Shown here piece by piece: positions 1 through 9,895 of a DNA stretch of 64,000 bases. Origin of the DNA: Deinococcales bacterium. GTDB lineage: Bacteria > Deinococcota > Deinococci > Deinococcales > JAAFIG01. Numbering within the stretch: the stretch's first letter is position 1; each line of letters opens with the position of its first letter. The stretch covers positions 23,102-87,101 of the forward strand of contig JANNVX010000067.1 in the NCBI GenBank assembly GCA_031414595.1, in the 5' to 3' direction. Position numbers and translations under genes: made by a program. Below the pieces are notes generated by a model. That model was not told the origin of the DNA. It ran no database searches and saw only the letters and a program-made list of their open reading frames with translations.

Positions 1-35
1 TGACAAAACTTGTCAACTAAGCTAGACTGCACCCC

Positions 36-464
36 ATGAGTCTCGAGACCCTAGAAGCCCAAGTCCAACACTTTGAAACCCTAGACAACAGCGCCAGAAT
101 TCAAGCCCTGATAAACTTAGCCCAAAATGTCAGTCAACTCGAGCCAAAGCATAACGAGACATGGGATTTTACCGAAATTCGTCAAGACCAAGAATGCTTA
201 GACGAAATGGGTTTATATCTGCGGCACAACAAAAACACGCTCGAGCTTGCCGCAACTGTTGGCAGTGAAGCCACCACCCTGACACGGGCATTAACGGCTG
301 TCTTGGTGCAGCACCTAAACGGCGAAACCAAAGACCGCATTCTCGAGTTAAAAGACTGCTTCGTACCGCGTTTAGTCGGCGAGAGTTTATTGCGTCAACG
401 TCGTAACGCTGCCTATTACCCCTTGCGCCGTATTCAAGATGCGGTGCGGCACTTTCGAAAGTAA
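36..464 (+). CDS. SufE-family Fe-S cluster assembly sulfur-transfer protein
   Basis: 142 aa with a single conserved-type Cys (QECLD) and SufE-like layout; TAGACT -10 box 7 nt before ATG. Confidence 0.65.
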   Translation: MSLETLEAQVQHFETLDNSARIQALINLAQNVSQLEPKHNETWDFTEIRQDQECLDEMGLYLRHNKNTLELAATVGSEATTLTRALTAVLVQHLNGETKDRILELKDCFVPRLVGESLLRQRRNAAYYPLRRIQDAVRHFRK

Positions 465-662
465 TTTTTTTTACTTGTGCCTGTGTAATCACAGGCTGCT
501 CAAGAACACCAGTCGGAGACTGGCGTTTTGTCGGGTAGGTAGCATGAGTGTTCTCTGAATCACTTGTGAAGTTCTGTATAAAAAACCTCTTTGTTACCGA
601 CGTATGAAAAGCCTTTAAGGAAACAGACTTGATTCTCATAATTACTCTCATATACTAAGCCT

Positions 663-1340
663 ATGGACAGAAAACCATTGGTGCTGGTCGTTGAAGACGA
701 AAAAGACATTGCCCGTTTTATAGAACTCGAGCTTGCCGCCGAGGGCTACCAAACCGAAGTGGCATTTGATGGTGTGACCGGACTTAGTAAGTTCCGTGAA
801 GTCAACCCAGACTTACTGATTCTTGATTTAATGCTGCCCGTCTTAGACGGTCTCGAGGTCGCCCGCCGAGTGCGGAAAACCAGTAATACCCCGATTATTA
901 TTTTGACCGCTAAAGACAGCATTTCCGATAAAGTCGAGGGCTTAGACGCTGGGGCAGACGATTACTTAATTAAACCCTTTAGCATCGAAGAACTTCTGGC
1001 TCGAGTCAGGGCGCATTTGCGGCGGGTCAATCCGGCTGTAACGGGCGAAGTGCGGGTCGCAGATTTGGTCATGAACCTAGACGGGCGCGAGGTTTTTCGT
1101 GGTGGTCGGCGGGTCGAGTTATCAGCCAAAGAATTTGAACTGCTCGAGTTACTAGCCCGTAACCCCGGTAAAGTCTTTAGCCGTTTTGAAATCGAAGAAA
1201 AAGTCTGGCCCGAATACACTGGTGGCAGCAATGTTGTGGATGTCTACATTGGCTACTTGCGCCGTAAGCTCGAGGAATCTGGTGAACGCCGTTTGATTCA
1301 CACCGTCCGTGGTGTTGGTTATGTGCTGCGCGAGGAATAA
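663..1340 (+). CDS. OmpR/PhoB-family response regulator
   Basis: Receiver motifs [24 protein letters not shown]; winged helix ending HTVRGVGY. Confidence 0.97.
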   Translation: MDRKPLVLVVEDEKDIARFIELELAAEGYQTEVAFDGVTGLSKFREVNPDLLILDLMLPVLDGLEVARRVRKTSNTPIIILTAKDSISDKVEGLDAGADDYLIKPFSIEELLARVRAHLRRVNPAVTGEVRVADLVMNLDGREVFRGGRRVELSAKEFELLELLARNPGKVFSRFEIEEKVWPEYTGGSNVVDVYIGYLRRKLEESGERRLIHTVRGVGYVLREE

Positions 1341-1345
1341 GAGCT

Positions 1346-1535
1346 AGGGTTAAAGGGTAAAAAGTAGAAAGCGACCCAGCCCGTGAGCGCGAATAGCCCG
1401 TTAGGTGCTGTTTTATGAGCAAGAAGGTGCATCTTTAGCGACCCAAGCCCGAAGGTGCTGTAGTTGTGGTCAAGAAGGGTCAAGAAGGGTGAAAGTAAAA
1501 ACCTTTAACCTTTTTACCTTTTCGCCTTTTCTACT
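1346..1535. repeat. Inverted arrays of ~8-bp purine/pyrimidine tandem units interrupted by nested 39-bp elements
   Basis: gggttaaa gggtaaaa agtagaaa [insert 1371-1486] gggtgaaa, then complementary cctttaac ctttttac cttttcgc cttttctact. Confidence 0.75.
1371..1486 (+). mobile_element. Three nested copies of a ~39-bp GCG...CAAGAA micro-element
   Basis: Outer copy = 1371-1386 + 1426-1437 + 1477-1486 (38 bp, nearly identical to 53890-53928); inner copies 1387-1425 and 1438-1476 (39 bp each). Mobility is inferred. Confidence 0.75.
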
Positions 1536-1544
1536 GGGGTTTTT

Positions 1545-3011
1545 ATGACTTTGCGTTGGCGTTTGACTTTACTTTACAGTGGTTTGTCTGGGTTGCTCTT
1601 GGCATTGGCGTTTATTGTCACCTATGTGGGGGTTCGTAATACCTTACTCAGTTCCTTTGAGCGCGACTTGGACAGTACCCTGACTCAAGCGGTTGAAATC
1701 ATGAAGGGCAGTGAATTCTACATTCCTAAGCCAGAACAATGGAATGTGTTTGCTCGAGATGCATATGGGCAAGTGTTGCAGTACGATGCGACTGAATTTG
1801 TGGCGACAGAGTTTTTGCAGCTTCAATCGCCAACCTCGAGTCGAAATGCGAATCTGAACGATAAGGATTTTTCTGATATTGATTTGACTTTAGAGGCTTG
1901 GACGCAAGTTGAACGAACAGGGCAGTACCGTGGTTTAGGGCGACTTTCGGCAAGCAAAGAAAATGTTCAAGTTCGAGTTGAACGTTTTGAAGCGATTCAA
2001 TTGGCGGGTCAAGCATTTATTCCGATTGTCTTGGTGGCAAAGTCAAGCGACGACATCAACGGGGTTCTCGAGACGCTACAAAGGGCTTTATTTGTGGTGG
2101 CACTGGTGGGGATTATCGCGGCGGGAATCTTGAGTTATTTTGCTGCCCGTAGTGCTTTAAGTCCCATTACCAGTGTGCGTGATGCGGCGGCTGGCATTGG
2201 TGGGCGTAACTTAAATTTACGTGTGCCGGAACAAGGCACACGCGACGAAGTAGACGACCTTGCCAAAACCCTGAATGCCATGCTCGAGCGTTTAGAATCT
2301 AGTTTTGAAACCCAGCGCCGCTTTACCGCCGATGCCAGTCATGAACTTCGCACCCCTGTCACGGCAATTGCTGGTCATGCTTCGTACCTGATGCGCCGTA
2401 CCAATCCAACGGAAGCCCAAAAAGAATCCCTTGAAGCCATCACCAATTTATCGGTGCGGCTTGGGCGCTTAATTGGTGATTTACTTGATTTAGCCCGTGC
2501 CGATGCGGGTTTTGGTGTGGAACGGGTTTCAACCAACCTGATGAGTCTTGCCGAGGATGTGCATCTCGAGGTTGTGGCAATTGCGGGCAACACCGAAATT
2601 GAATTGCTGGGAGAATCGGCACTGCGGGCATTGATTGACCCCAACCGAGTGCGGCAAGTGATTCGTAATTTGGTACAGAATGCCTTAAAAGCTGGCTCGA
2701 GTAAAATCACGGTAGAAATTAGCAAAGAAGAAACCACTGCCCGCATTACGGTGCAAGACAATGGTTCAGGGATTGCGGCAGAACACTTAAGCAAGCTCTT
2801 TGATCGCTTTTACCGCGTGGATACATCGCGTGACCGAGCGGCGGGTGGCAGTGGTTTAGGTTTAAGTATTGTCAAATGGATTGTTGAGGCGCATCAGGGA
2901 AGTATTGATGTCTCGAGTGAACTTGGTGTGGGAACAAGAATCGAGGTACGTTTTCCAATTGGCGATGTTGGACTGCCAAGTATTCTTAAAAGCCCAACGC
3001 CACAAGGTTAA
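1545..3011 (+). CDS. HAMP-domain sensor histidine kinase
   Basis: Two TM segments, HAMP, H-box DASHELRTP, N-box NLVQNA, DNGSGI, GSGLGL; adjacent to the response regulator. Confidence 0.96.
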   Translation: MTLRWRLTLLYSGLSGLLLALAFIVTYVGVRNTLLSSFERDLDSTLTQAVEIMKGSEFYIPKPEQWNVFARDAYGQVLQYDATEFVATEFLQLQSPTSSRNANLNDKDFSDIDLTLEAWTQVERTGQYRGLGRLSASKENVQVRVERFEAIQLAGQAFIPIVLVAKSSDDINGVLETLQRALFVVALVGIIAAGILSYFAARSALSPITSVRDAAAGIGGRNLNLRVPEQGTRDEVDDLAKTLNAMLERLESSFETQRRFTADASHELRTPVTAIAGHASYLMRRTNPTEAQKESLEAITNLSVRLGRLIGDLLDLARADAGFGVERVSTNLMSLAEDVHLEVVAIAGNTEIELLGESALRALIDPNRVRQVIRNLVQNALKAGSSKITVEISKEETTARITVQDNGSGIAAEHLSKLFDRFYRVDTSRDRAAGGSGLGLSIVKWIVEAHQGSIDVSSELGVGTRIEVRFPIGDVGLPSILKSPTPQG

Positions 3012-3020
3012 CGTCTTGGT

Positions 3021-3045
3021 GGGCAAGGCATGCCTCACCCTTTAC
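3021..3045 (-). repeat. Degenerate GTAG-type REP-like palindrome between convergent genes
   Basis: Minus strand gtaaagggtgaggcatgccttgccc, an imperfect hairpin. Confidence 0.45.
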
Positions 3046-3095
3046 AACCAATGATCTGGCTATTCCCAATTAGAAGAGTAAGTTTAGATGAATCT

Positions 3096-4967
3096 TTAAT
3101 CAGCAGCCACCAATTCAAAACTCACACCTAGATTTGCCAGCACCTTTTTGATTCCAGCCGTGTCTATACCTGCTTGACGGTGCAAACTGCTAACTTCGGC
3201 ATGATCCATAAATGAATCTGGAATACCCAAAAGCCTGACCTCTGGTTTTAGGTCTTGGCTGGCTAAATGCTCCAAGACCGCACTGCCAAAGCCGCCAACA
3301 ATCGTGTTGTCCTCGATGGTGATAATGGCTCGAGCCGAACGCGCAATACCCTCGAGCATGGTGGTGTCCAGTGGTTTAACAAACCGAGCATTGACCACCC
3401 CGACACCCGTTGTGCCTTTGACTGCCTCGAGTGCATAAGTAATGGTATTGCCTGTGGCTAGAATCACAATATCATCGCCGCCCACTAAGCGCTCCCAAGT
3501 TCCCCAAGCAATCTGTTTGCTCGAGCCTTCTGGAACTGGTTTAACCCCACCACGCGGATAACGAATCGCAATTGGTCCACTCATGGTCAGGGCGGTGTTT
3601 AGCATGGCACGAAGTTCGACGGCATCTTTGGGAACACCAATCTGAACATTTGGTACAAGTCGCAAATACGAAATATCAAAGACCCCATGATGGGTTGGTC
3701 CGTCTGCGCCAACCACGCCAGCGCGGTCTATTGCAAAAATCACATTGAGGTTTTCGATGGCGACATCGTGAACCAGTTGGTCAAAGCCACGTTGCAAGAA
3801 GGTCGAGTAAATCGCCACAATCGGGCGCACCCCGCGAAGCGCCATACCAGCCGCCGCCGTAACCGCCACTTCTTCGGCAATGCCCGTGTCCAAATAACGT
3901 TCTGGATGGGTTTGGGCAAACTCGACCAAGCCCGAGCCTTCGCGCATGGCTGGGGTAATCATATAGACATCTTTGCGCTCATGACAGATTTCGATGGCTG
4001 CATCACCAAAGGCATTTGACCATGTGTAGGACTTGCCAACTTCTTCGGGGTCATCCACATCAAACTTAGCCGGGCTGTGCCAATAAATCGGGTTTTCTTC
4101 GGCAATGTCCATGCCCTTGCCTTTGCGGGTGACAATATGCAGCACCGTGGGTCCTTCGAGTTCTTTAATATGCTCGAGCAGATAAACCAGTTCTTTAACA
4201 TTATGCCCATCTACCGGTCCGACATAGCGCAGGTTCATGGCAGTGAACGGATTTTTGCTGTGTGGGTCAAAAAAAGTTCTGGCGGCATCCTTTGCCCTCG
4301 AGACCAAACCGCCCAAGGCTTTACCGACCAGTTTTTTACCACCTTGTTCGGCACTTTGAAACCAGCGCTGAACTTGTAGGGTACGAAAATAAGCATTCAT
4401 TGCGCCGACATTCTCAGAAATGCTCATTTCGTTGTCGTTGAGGATAATCAGCATTTTGGTTCGTTTATAGCCAATGTTGTTCAGGGCTGCCAATGCCATC
4501 CCACCCGTTAAAGCCCCGTCACCAATAATTGGAATGACATGAAAATCTTCGGCTAAACCATCTTTGACCAGTGCATCCCGAGCCAGTGCCATGCCAAAAG
4601 CATTGGCTAAACTGGTGCTGGCGTGTCCGACGGTAATCGCATCGTGTTCGCTTTCCGAGACCTTGGTAAACCCGGACAAGCCACCTTCTTTTTTAATCGT
4701 GTCCATCTGGGCTTTACGACCCGTCAGGATTTTATGCCCATACGCCTGATGCCCAACATCCCAGAGCAACCTGTCTTTTGGACTCGAGAAAACCCTGTGC
4801 AGCGCCACGGTCAGTTCAACTGTGCCGAGGCTCGAAGCCAGATGCAGCCCGCCCCTCGAGCAAACCCGAATGATTTCGTTTCGCACATCTTGGGATAAAG
4901 TCTCGAGTTCATCAAGTTCAAGTTTTTTTAGGTCTTCTGGTAGGTTTACACGGTCTAGGACGCTCAT
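3096..4967 (-). CDS. dxs: 1-deoxy-D-xylulose-5-phosphate synthase
   Basis: [48 protein letters not shown]. Confidence 0.98.
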   Translation of the reverse strand: MSVLDRVNLPEDLKKLELDELETLSQDVRNEIIRVCSRGGLHLASSLGTVELTVALHRVFSSPKDRLLWDVGHQAYGHKILTGRKAQMDTIKKEGGLSGFTKVSESEHDAITVGHASTSLANAFGMALARDALVKDGLAEDFHVIPIIGDGALTGGMALAALNNIGYKRTKMLIILNDNEMSISENVGAMNAYFRTLQVQRWFQSAEQGGKKLVGKALGGLVSRAKDAARTFFDPHSKNPFTAMNLRYVGPVDGHNVKELVYLLEHIKELEGPTVLHIVTRKGKGMDIAEENPIYWHSPAKFDVDDPEEVGKSYTWSNAFGDAAIEICHERKDVYMITPAMREGSGLVEFAQTHPERYLDTGIAEEVAVTAAAGMALRGVRPIVAIYSTFLQRGFDQLVHDVAIENLNVIFAIDRAGVVGADGPTHHGVFDISYLRLVPNVQIGVPKDAVELRAMLNTALTMSGPIAIRYPRGGVKPVPEGSSKQIAWGTWERLVGGDDIVILATGNTITYALEAVKGTTGVGVVNARFVKPLDTTMLEGIARSARAIITIEDNTIVGGFGSAVLEHLASQDLKPEVRLLGIPDSFMDHAEVSSLHRQAGIDTAGIKKVLANLGVSFELVAAD

Positions 4968-4980
4968 AAGGTACTCCTCA

Positions 4981-5643
4981 CTACTTCTTAAAATTATAAT
5001 TGATTAAAACCAAACCCTCGCGGCTTTGGACTTCGCCAATAAATGGCACAAAACGAATCCGTTGCGATTCGATTACGGGGTCGGACTTACCGCTTAAATC
5101 TTCCAAACGGTTATCGCGCAGAATTAAAAAAGCATCGTAATCGGTGTTGGCAACACGGTACTTTTCTTTGGCAACGACCCTGAACTGATAGGTGTAACGC
5201 AACTTTTGCGGGCTTTGCTTGGGGATGGTCAGGGTGGCGTTGCTTGTACCGCTCCAAGTTTTACCAATCACCAAGTCTTTTTGTGGTGGGTACTCGAGAA
5301 TTGGGGTTTCATAGACCAAATCATAAAAATTTGCTGAGCCTTGGGCAATCAGTTGGACACCGCGTTCATCAAATTGCCGAAAGTAACTGATGTCTTGTCC
5401 GCGTCCGATAAAACGCATTCCGGTTAAAATTCGTCCGTTATAACTCTGAGGTCCCTCGATTCGCAGCGTGTACGGGGTGCTGTCGTTGCGCTCACCGTCT
5501 TTAAGGTATTGCCAAATTGCCCCAGATTGACTTGGATAAAACGCTACATTTGCCCCCGTCCCAGTTTGCCCTGTGACTCGAGACGGTGTTTGTGGGGCGC
5601 AAGCTGCTAAAGCCAGCACCAACCCTAAAGCGGCAATTCGCAT
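4981..5643 (-). CDS. Hypothetical lipoprotein
   Basis: [15 protein letters not shown] lipobox; start moved to ATG 5643. Confidence 0.75.
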   Translation of the reverse strand: MRIAALGLVLALAACAPQTPSRVTGQTGTGANVAFYPSQSGAIWQYLKDGERNDSTPYTLRIEGPQSYNGRILTGMRFIGRGQDISYFRQFDERGVQLIAQGSANFYDLVYETPILEYPPQKDLVIGKTWSGTSNATLTIPKQSPQKLRYTYQFRVVAKEKYRVANTDYDAFLILRDNRLEDLSGKSDPVIESQRIRFVPFIGEVQSREGLVLINYNFKK

Positions 5644-5736
5644 AACAAAAAGTCTATTCCAAACAACACCAAAAAACTGTGTTCTAAGCATCTCAAATTA
5701 GTAGCACAGCTTCTTCTAACTAACCAGAGTTTTTTA

Positions 5737-7707
5737 TCATCTTTTGGCTTTAGCGTTGGACATCGAACTGGCTTTGGCAGTGTACATCGAATGGTCAGCG
5801 ATATTGGAAAGCTCATCGGTAGTGCTGCCATCCCTTGGGTAAATCGCCATGCCAATACTGGCAGAAACCTCGTGTTGGTGCGTCCCAATCACTACTTTGG
5901 TGGTCAGGCTTTTGGCAAGTTGTGCTGAAATCTGAGCTACTTCTTCGGGTTGTTCTAAATTCGGCAGAATTACTGCAAACTCGTCGCCGCCTAGCCTGGC
6001 AACCGTACTGGCAGCGCTGGTTTCGGCAATTAACTGGCGAGCGATATTTTTAAGCAGTTCGTCGCCCGTGGCATGACTAAAGTTATCATTGACAAACTTA
6101 AAATTATCAAGGTCAATGTAGAGTAACCCGACCGAACTTTTTTGTAGGTCAGCTTGGCGCATGGCGAGGGTTAAACGTTCTTGGTACAAAGCCCGATTTG
6201 CTAGGTTGGTCAGTGGGTCGTGGGTGGCACGGTACTCGAGTTGTTCAAGTAAGGTATTGCGGTCTATGGCAATCGCGCTCAGTTCGGTGGTGGTGTGCAG
6301 CACCCGAAAATTGTCTCTGGATGTACTGGGTAAATAGACCGTCACCACCCCAATGGCTTGATTAGACACCAAAATCGGTAAACTGCGGGTGGCGCGAAAA
6401 TCGTGTTTTAAGATCAATTCTTGTTCGTTATGATTGAAACGTGGGTCACTGATGCTTTGAAGATTTGACTCGAGTTGCCCCACCCAAGTAGCAAAAGCGG
6501 TTTCTTCAAGCGGACGTTGCAACCAAGTGCGGATACTGTTGGGTAAACCGTGGGTGGCAAGTAATTCAAGGTGTCCAGCCCGCAAAGCACTGATGGCACA
6601 ACCAGCCCGTTGAAATTGCGAAGTGGCAAGTTCACAAATTCGCGCCATCACTTCTTCAAGTTCGATATTTCGGGCAATCAACTCGAGAATCTGGTTGCGT
6701 TCACGCTCCAAACGCACCGAGCGTTTATGTTCGGTGATATTGACCATTAAGCCACGCACCCGCACACTGTCGTCTACTTGGGCAAAGGTAATGCGGTCTT
6801 GAATCCACATCAGTTCGCCTTGGTCGTCGTAAGCCCGAGCTTCGATTTCCAGTGGCTCGAGGGTTTTGGTGGCATGACGCAAACGCAAATTCATGGCTGA
6901 CCAGTCGTCGGGTTGGAAGACTTGCGTCCAAAGGTTTGATTCACGTAAGCCTAGAAAGCGCTCGCTCGAATAACCAAATAAACGTTCGGCTTGGCGGCTA
7001 ATAAAGGTGCAATGTAGTCCGCCATCACGGTATTCACCTTCCCAGACCACCCCTTCTAAGGAATTGACCAGTTCTTGGTAAATTGTTTTTGATCGGCGCA
7101 ATTCGGTTTCGGTTTGCTGACGATGCCGCAATTCGGCACGCAACTGGTCAAACAATTCGGCATTCTCGAGCAGAGGTGCAGCCGCCGCCGAAGCACTTTG
7201 AATAATATCAATTTCGTGTTCGTTAAATTCACGCACGGTGTACGAATCCAAACCCAGTGTCCCGACCACGCGCCGCCCAGCAATAATTGGCACAATCAAC
7301 ATACTGGCGACTCCAAAGGCTTTGGCGATGTCCCGCGCTGCGCCCATCCGAGGGTCGTTTTGGGCATCCAGCACCGCTACTGGTTGCCGTCTTGACAAAA
7401 CCAATTGAGTAATCTCGTTGTTCTCGAGTGAAATCTGCGCCCCTAAGTTTCCAGTATTGCCCTCGCCATACTCAGAAATAATCGTCAGTGCCTCGCCATC
7501 TTCGTTCAGCCGAGCAAAACCAGCGTGTTGCACTCCAACCACTTCGATTAACTCGGCACAAATCACGTTTAAGACCGTGACTGGCTCAAGCGGAGCGCCA
7601 GCCGTGGCAACAATGTGTTTTAGCATTGTGGCTTCGGTGAGACGTTTTTCTAACTCGAGTTTATTAAAACCCATTTGTGGAATTTGGTTACTTGGATTTT
7701 GGCTCAT
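5737..7707 (-). CDS. GAF-PAS-GAF diguanylate cyclase
   Basis: HDPLTNLANR, IDLDNFK, ARLGGDEF; N-terminal GAF and PAS-like segments. Confidence 0.92.
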   Translation of the reverse strand: MSQNPSNQIPQMGFNKLELEKRLTEATMLKHIVATAGAPLEPVTVLNVICAELIEVVGVQHAGFARLNEDGEALTIISEYGEGNTGNLGAQISLENNEITQLVLSRRQPVAVLDAQNDPRMGAARDIAKAFGVASMLIVPIIAGRRVVGTLGLDSYTVREFNEHEIDIIQSASAAAAPLLENAELFDQLRAELRHRQQTETELRRSKTIYQELVNSLEGVVWEGEYRDGGLHCTFISRQAERLFGYSSERFLGLRESNLWTQVFQPDDWSAMNLRLRHATKTLEPLEIEARAYDDQGELMWIQDRITFAQVDDSVRVRGLMVNITEHKRSVRLERERNQILELIARNIELEEVMARICELATSQFQRAGCAISALRAGHLELLATHGLPNSIRTWLQRPLEETAFATWVGQLESNLQSISDPRFNHNEQELILKHDFRATRSLPILVSNQAIGVVTVYLPSTSRDNFRVLHTTTELSAIAIDRNTLLEQLEYRATHDPLTNLANRALYQERLTLAMRQADLQKSSVGLLYIDLDNFKFVNDNFSHATGDELLKNIARQLIAETSAASTVARLGGDEFAVILPNLEQPEEVAQISAQLAKSLTTKVVIGTHQHEVSASIGMAIYPRDGSTTDELSNIADHSMYTAKASSMSNAKAKR

Positions 7708-7763
7708 GATCTTGACTTAATCTACCAAAAAATAAATGAGGAAGAACCCATCTTTGGGTTGGC

Positions 7764-8927
7764 TTAGTAGTCCGAGCCAAGGCGCACTGTAATATCTGCG
7801 CCAAGCACACCCTCACCACTGATACGCCCTGTACCAACCCCCAAAGCTGTGCCAATCACCCGAGCCTCGAGTAAACTGCTCGAGGATAAAACCTCGGATG
7901 TATTGGGGTCTCCGCCGGTCACATCTGCCAGCCAAACAAACCGAAAACCAGCCGTGCGTAATTTCTCTCGGGCGCGTTTGGCTCGAGCCGCATCGGTGGC
8001 AACAATCGCAATGCTCAATTCAAATGGGTCACGGGCGGGTTTGTCTTTAGCGTTGCGAAGGTTAGAATCTACCAAGGCTGCTACGGCTTGGGTGTTTGGA
8101 ATCCAAAAAGAATACCTTCCTAAACGCCCAAAATCGCCCGGCAACAACAAGGTATCTACCCGAGGACGCTGCACCAAAAACCCCAATGCACCACCCACTT
8201 CTGTGCGGCTTAAATTGGTACGAACATGTTTTTCAAAGACCTTGGCGAGTTGCGGTAAACGCCCCCAAGATTCTGGTTGTTGTAATTTCTCGAGCAATGC
8301 CCGAAAAAAGGCTTGCTGACGTTGGGTGCGTCCAATATCGCCAAGGTTATCGTAACGAAAACGCACAAAACCTTCGGCTTCTTGCCCCGTTAAAACCTGC
8401 CAACCGGGTTTTAGGTTAATCTCGAGTTTAGCGGCTTTATCGCTGTACTGCATGGCTTGTGGAACATAAATTCTGACTCCGCCAAGTGCATTTACCAAGG
8501 CTTTTGTGCCATCTATTGAAACAAATAAATAGCCGTCTAGTTTTAAGTTCAGTAAGCCCTCAACGGCTCGCACACTCGAGTCAAAGCCGCCAAGCATCGC
8601 CGCATTGATTTTGTCGCGGGTGGTGTTGCCCGCCCCAACATGGGTATCACGCGGAATCGAAAGTAATTTAATGGCTTTTTGGGCAGGGTTGAGTTGTACC
8701 AGTACCATGGAGTCAGTCAAACCCAACTGAAAATCATTCTCGAGTGTTCCACGGGTGTGATAGCCTACATAATGGTGTCCGACACCCGCCAGTAAAAAGG
8801 TAATGGGTTGCTTGGGCGCACTTGGAAAAGCCGCGAATCTCGAGATTACACCCCAAGCTGGATATGACCAGAAACCACACGCCCCAAGCGCTGCCAGCAA
8901 TAAAAAAGAAAAAAAGAATCTTCGCAT
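7764..8927 (-). CDS. LCP (LytR-CpsA-Psr) family protein with LytR_C-like tail
   Basis: TDSMVL, LLSIPRDT, KINAA, FVRFRY, GDIGRTQRQQ. Confidence 0.92.
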   Translation of the reverse strand: MRRFFFSFLLLAALGACGFWSYPAWGVISRFAAFPSAPKQPITFLLAGVGHHYVGYHTRGTLENDFQLGLTDSMVLVQLNPAQKAIKLLSIPRDTHVGAGNTTRDKINAAMLGGFDSSVRAVEGLLNLKLDGYLFVSIDGTKALVNALGGVRIYVPQAMQYSDKAAKLEINLKPGWQVLTGQEAEGFVRFRYDNLGDIGRTQRQQAFFRALLEKLQQPESWGRLPQLAKVFEKHVRTNLSRTEVGGALGFLVQRPRVDTLLLPGDFGRLGRYSFWIPNTQAVAALVDSNLRNAKDKPARDPFELSIAIVATDAARAKRAREKLRTAGFRFVWLADVTGGDPNTSEVLSSSSLLEARVIGTALGVGTGRISGEGVLGADITVRLGSDY

Positions 8928-9001
8928 AAACCCCGAGGTCGCTCGGGAAATCTATGATACGTGGTAGCTGTGAGAAGCATGAAGAATTTATAATGACGCG
9001 A

Positions 9002-9730
9002 CTAGCGCAATCCGAACGCCACCGAAACCACCGCTGTGATTTCCTTTTCGATGCTGCTGGTGTCAAACGCACCGTAATCATCCACACTTGGGCTATTTTT
9101 AGCCGTAATCTGAAACACACCGACTCGGGCGTTACGTGGTGCGCCAATTCCCACACCCGCACCCTTGGCAATCACTTCAGCACGTTTTTTAGCGTCACTT
9201 GTGGCTTCCTCGAGCATTTGAATTCGTAAATCGGCGAGCTTGGTGTACAAGTAACTCAGTTCGGCTTCAAAAGGCACACCATTAGAAAGCATGTTTTCGG
9301 CAGTTTTACCAGCCAGAGCAGTCACGGCTTGCACTTGGTCACTCGAGACTTCGACCCGTTGACGCACCCGCCAAGCTGGAATGGTAGTGCGTGAACCATC
9401 GCTATTGGTACGCTCATAGGTTAGCGGTTCGCTCGAGATTGGGGCTAACTCGAGTTTGACCCCAGCCCCGTTCGCCGCCACAAAAGTCTTTAGGCGGTCA
9501 ACATTCTTTTTTAAGTCTGCCACAGCCGTTTGTAAATTGCTATTTTCTGCCGTGACACTGCCTTTCCACTGCACGAGGTCGCTGGTGATGGGTTTACGCG
9601 CACTGCCCGTGACCGTAATATCCGAATCACTTCGAGATTCCTTAATCGCGTTACTGCCAAGAAATGCACCAACCACGATAGCGACTGACAAACCGAGCAT
9701 CCCTAAGAAATTTCCAAGCGAATTATTCAT
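9002..9730 (-). CDS. SIMPL (DUF541) domain protein
   Basis: N-terminal TM, ITVTGSA, EATSDAKKRAEVIA, GVFQIT..DTSSIEKEI. Confidence 0.85.
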   Translation of the reverse strand: MNNSLGNFLGMLGLSVAIVVGAFLGSNAIKESRSDSDITVTGSARKPITSDLVQWKGSVTAENSNLQTAVADLKKNVDRLKTFVAANGAGVKLELAPISSEPLTYERTNSDGSRTTIPAWRVRQRVEVSSDQVQAVTALAGKTAENMLSNGVPFEAELSYLYTKLADLRIQMLEEATSDAKKRAEVIAKGAGVGIGAPRNARVGVFQITAKNSPSVDDYGAFDTSSIEKEITAVVSVAFGLR

Positions 9731-9844
9731 GACCTATATTGTACTGTTTTTTTGGTGAGTGAAGTCTCATCAAGATTAATTGGTACTTAATCTTTTGTCT
9801 CGAGGACAGCAAATTATTGGTTTTCTAATCGAGAATGTTGATCT

Positions 9845-9878
9845 AAAAATAAACCCCAAGTCTGTTTGACTTGGGGTT
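9845..9878 (-). terminator. Intrinsic terminator after the S8 peptidase gene
   Basis: 11-bp stem aaccccaagtc/gacttggggtt followed by tattttt on the minus strand. Confidence 0.75.
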
Positions 9879-9895
9879 CTCGAGACAAAAAGATT

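Noticed and set aside
479-560. c-di-GMP-I riboswitch
   Set aside because: Only a short ggtaggtagc resemblance; the GNRA tetraloop/receptor architecture was not found.
169-651. 160-aa minus-strand ORF
   Set aside because: Overlaps the SufE-like gene antisense and has no family motifs.
1371-1486. CRISPR-like or simple tandem repeat
   Set aside because: The sequence parses exactly as nested insertions, not repeat-spacer units.
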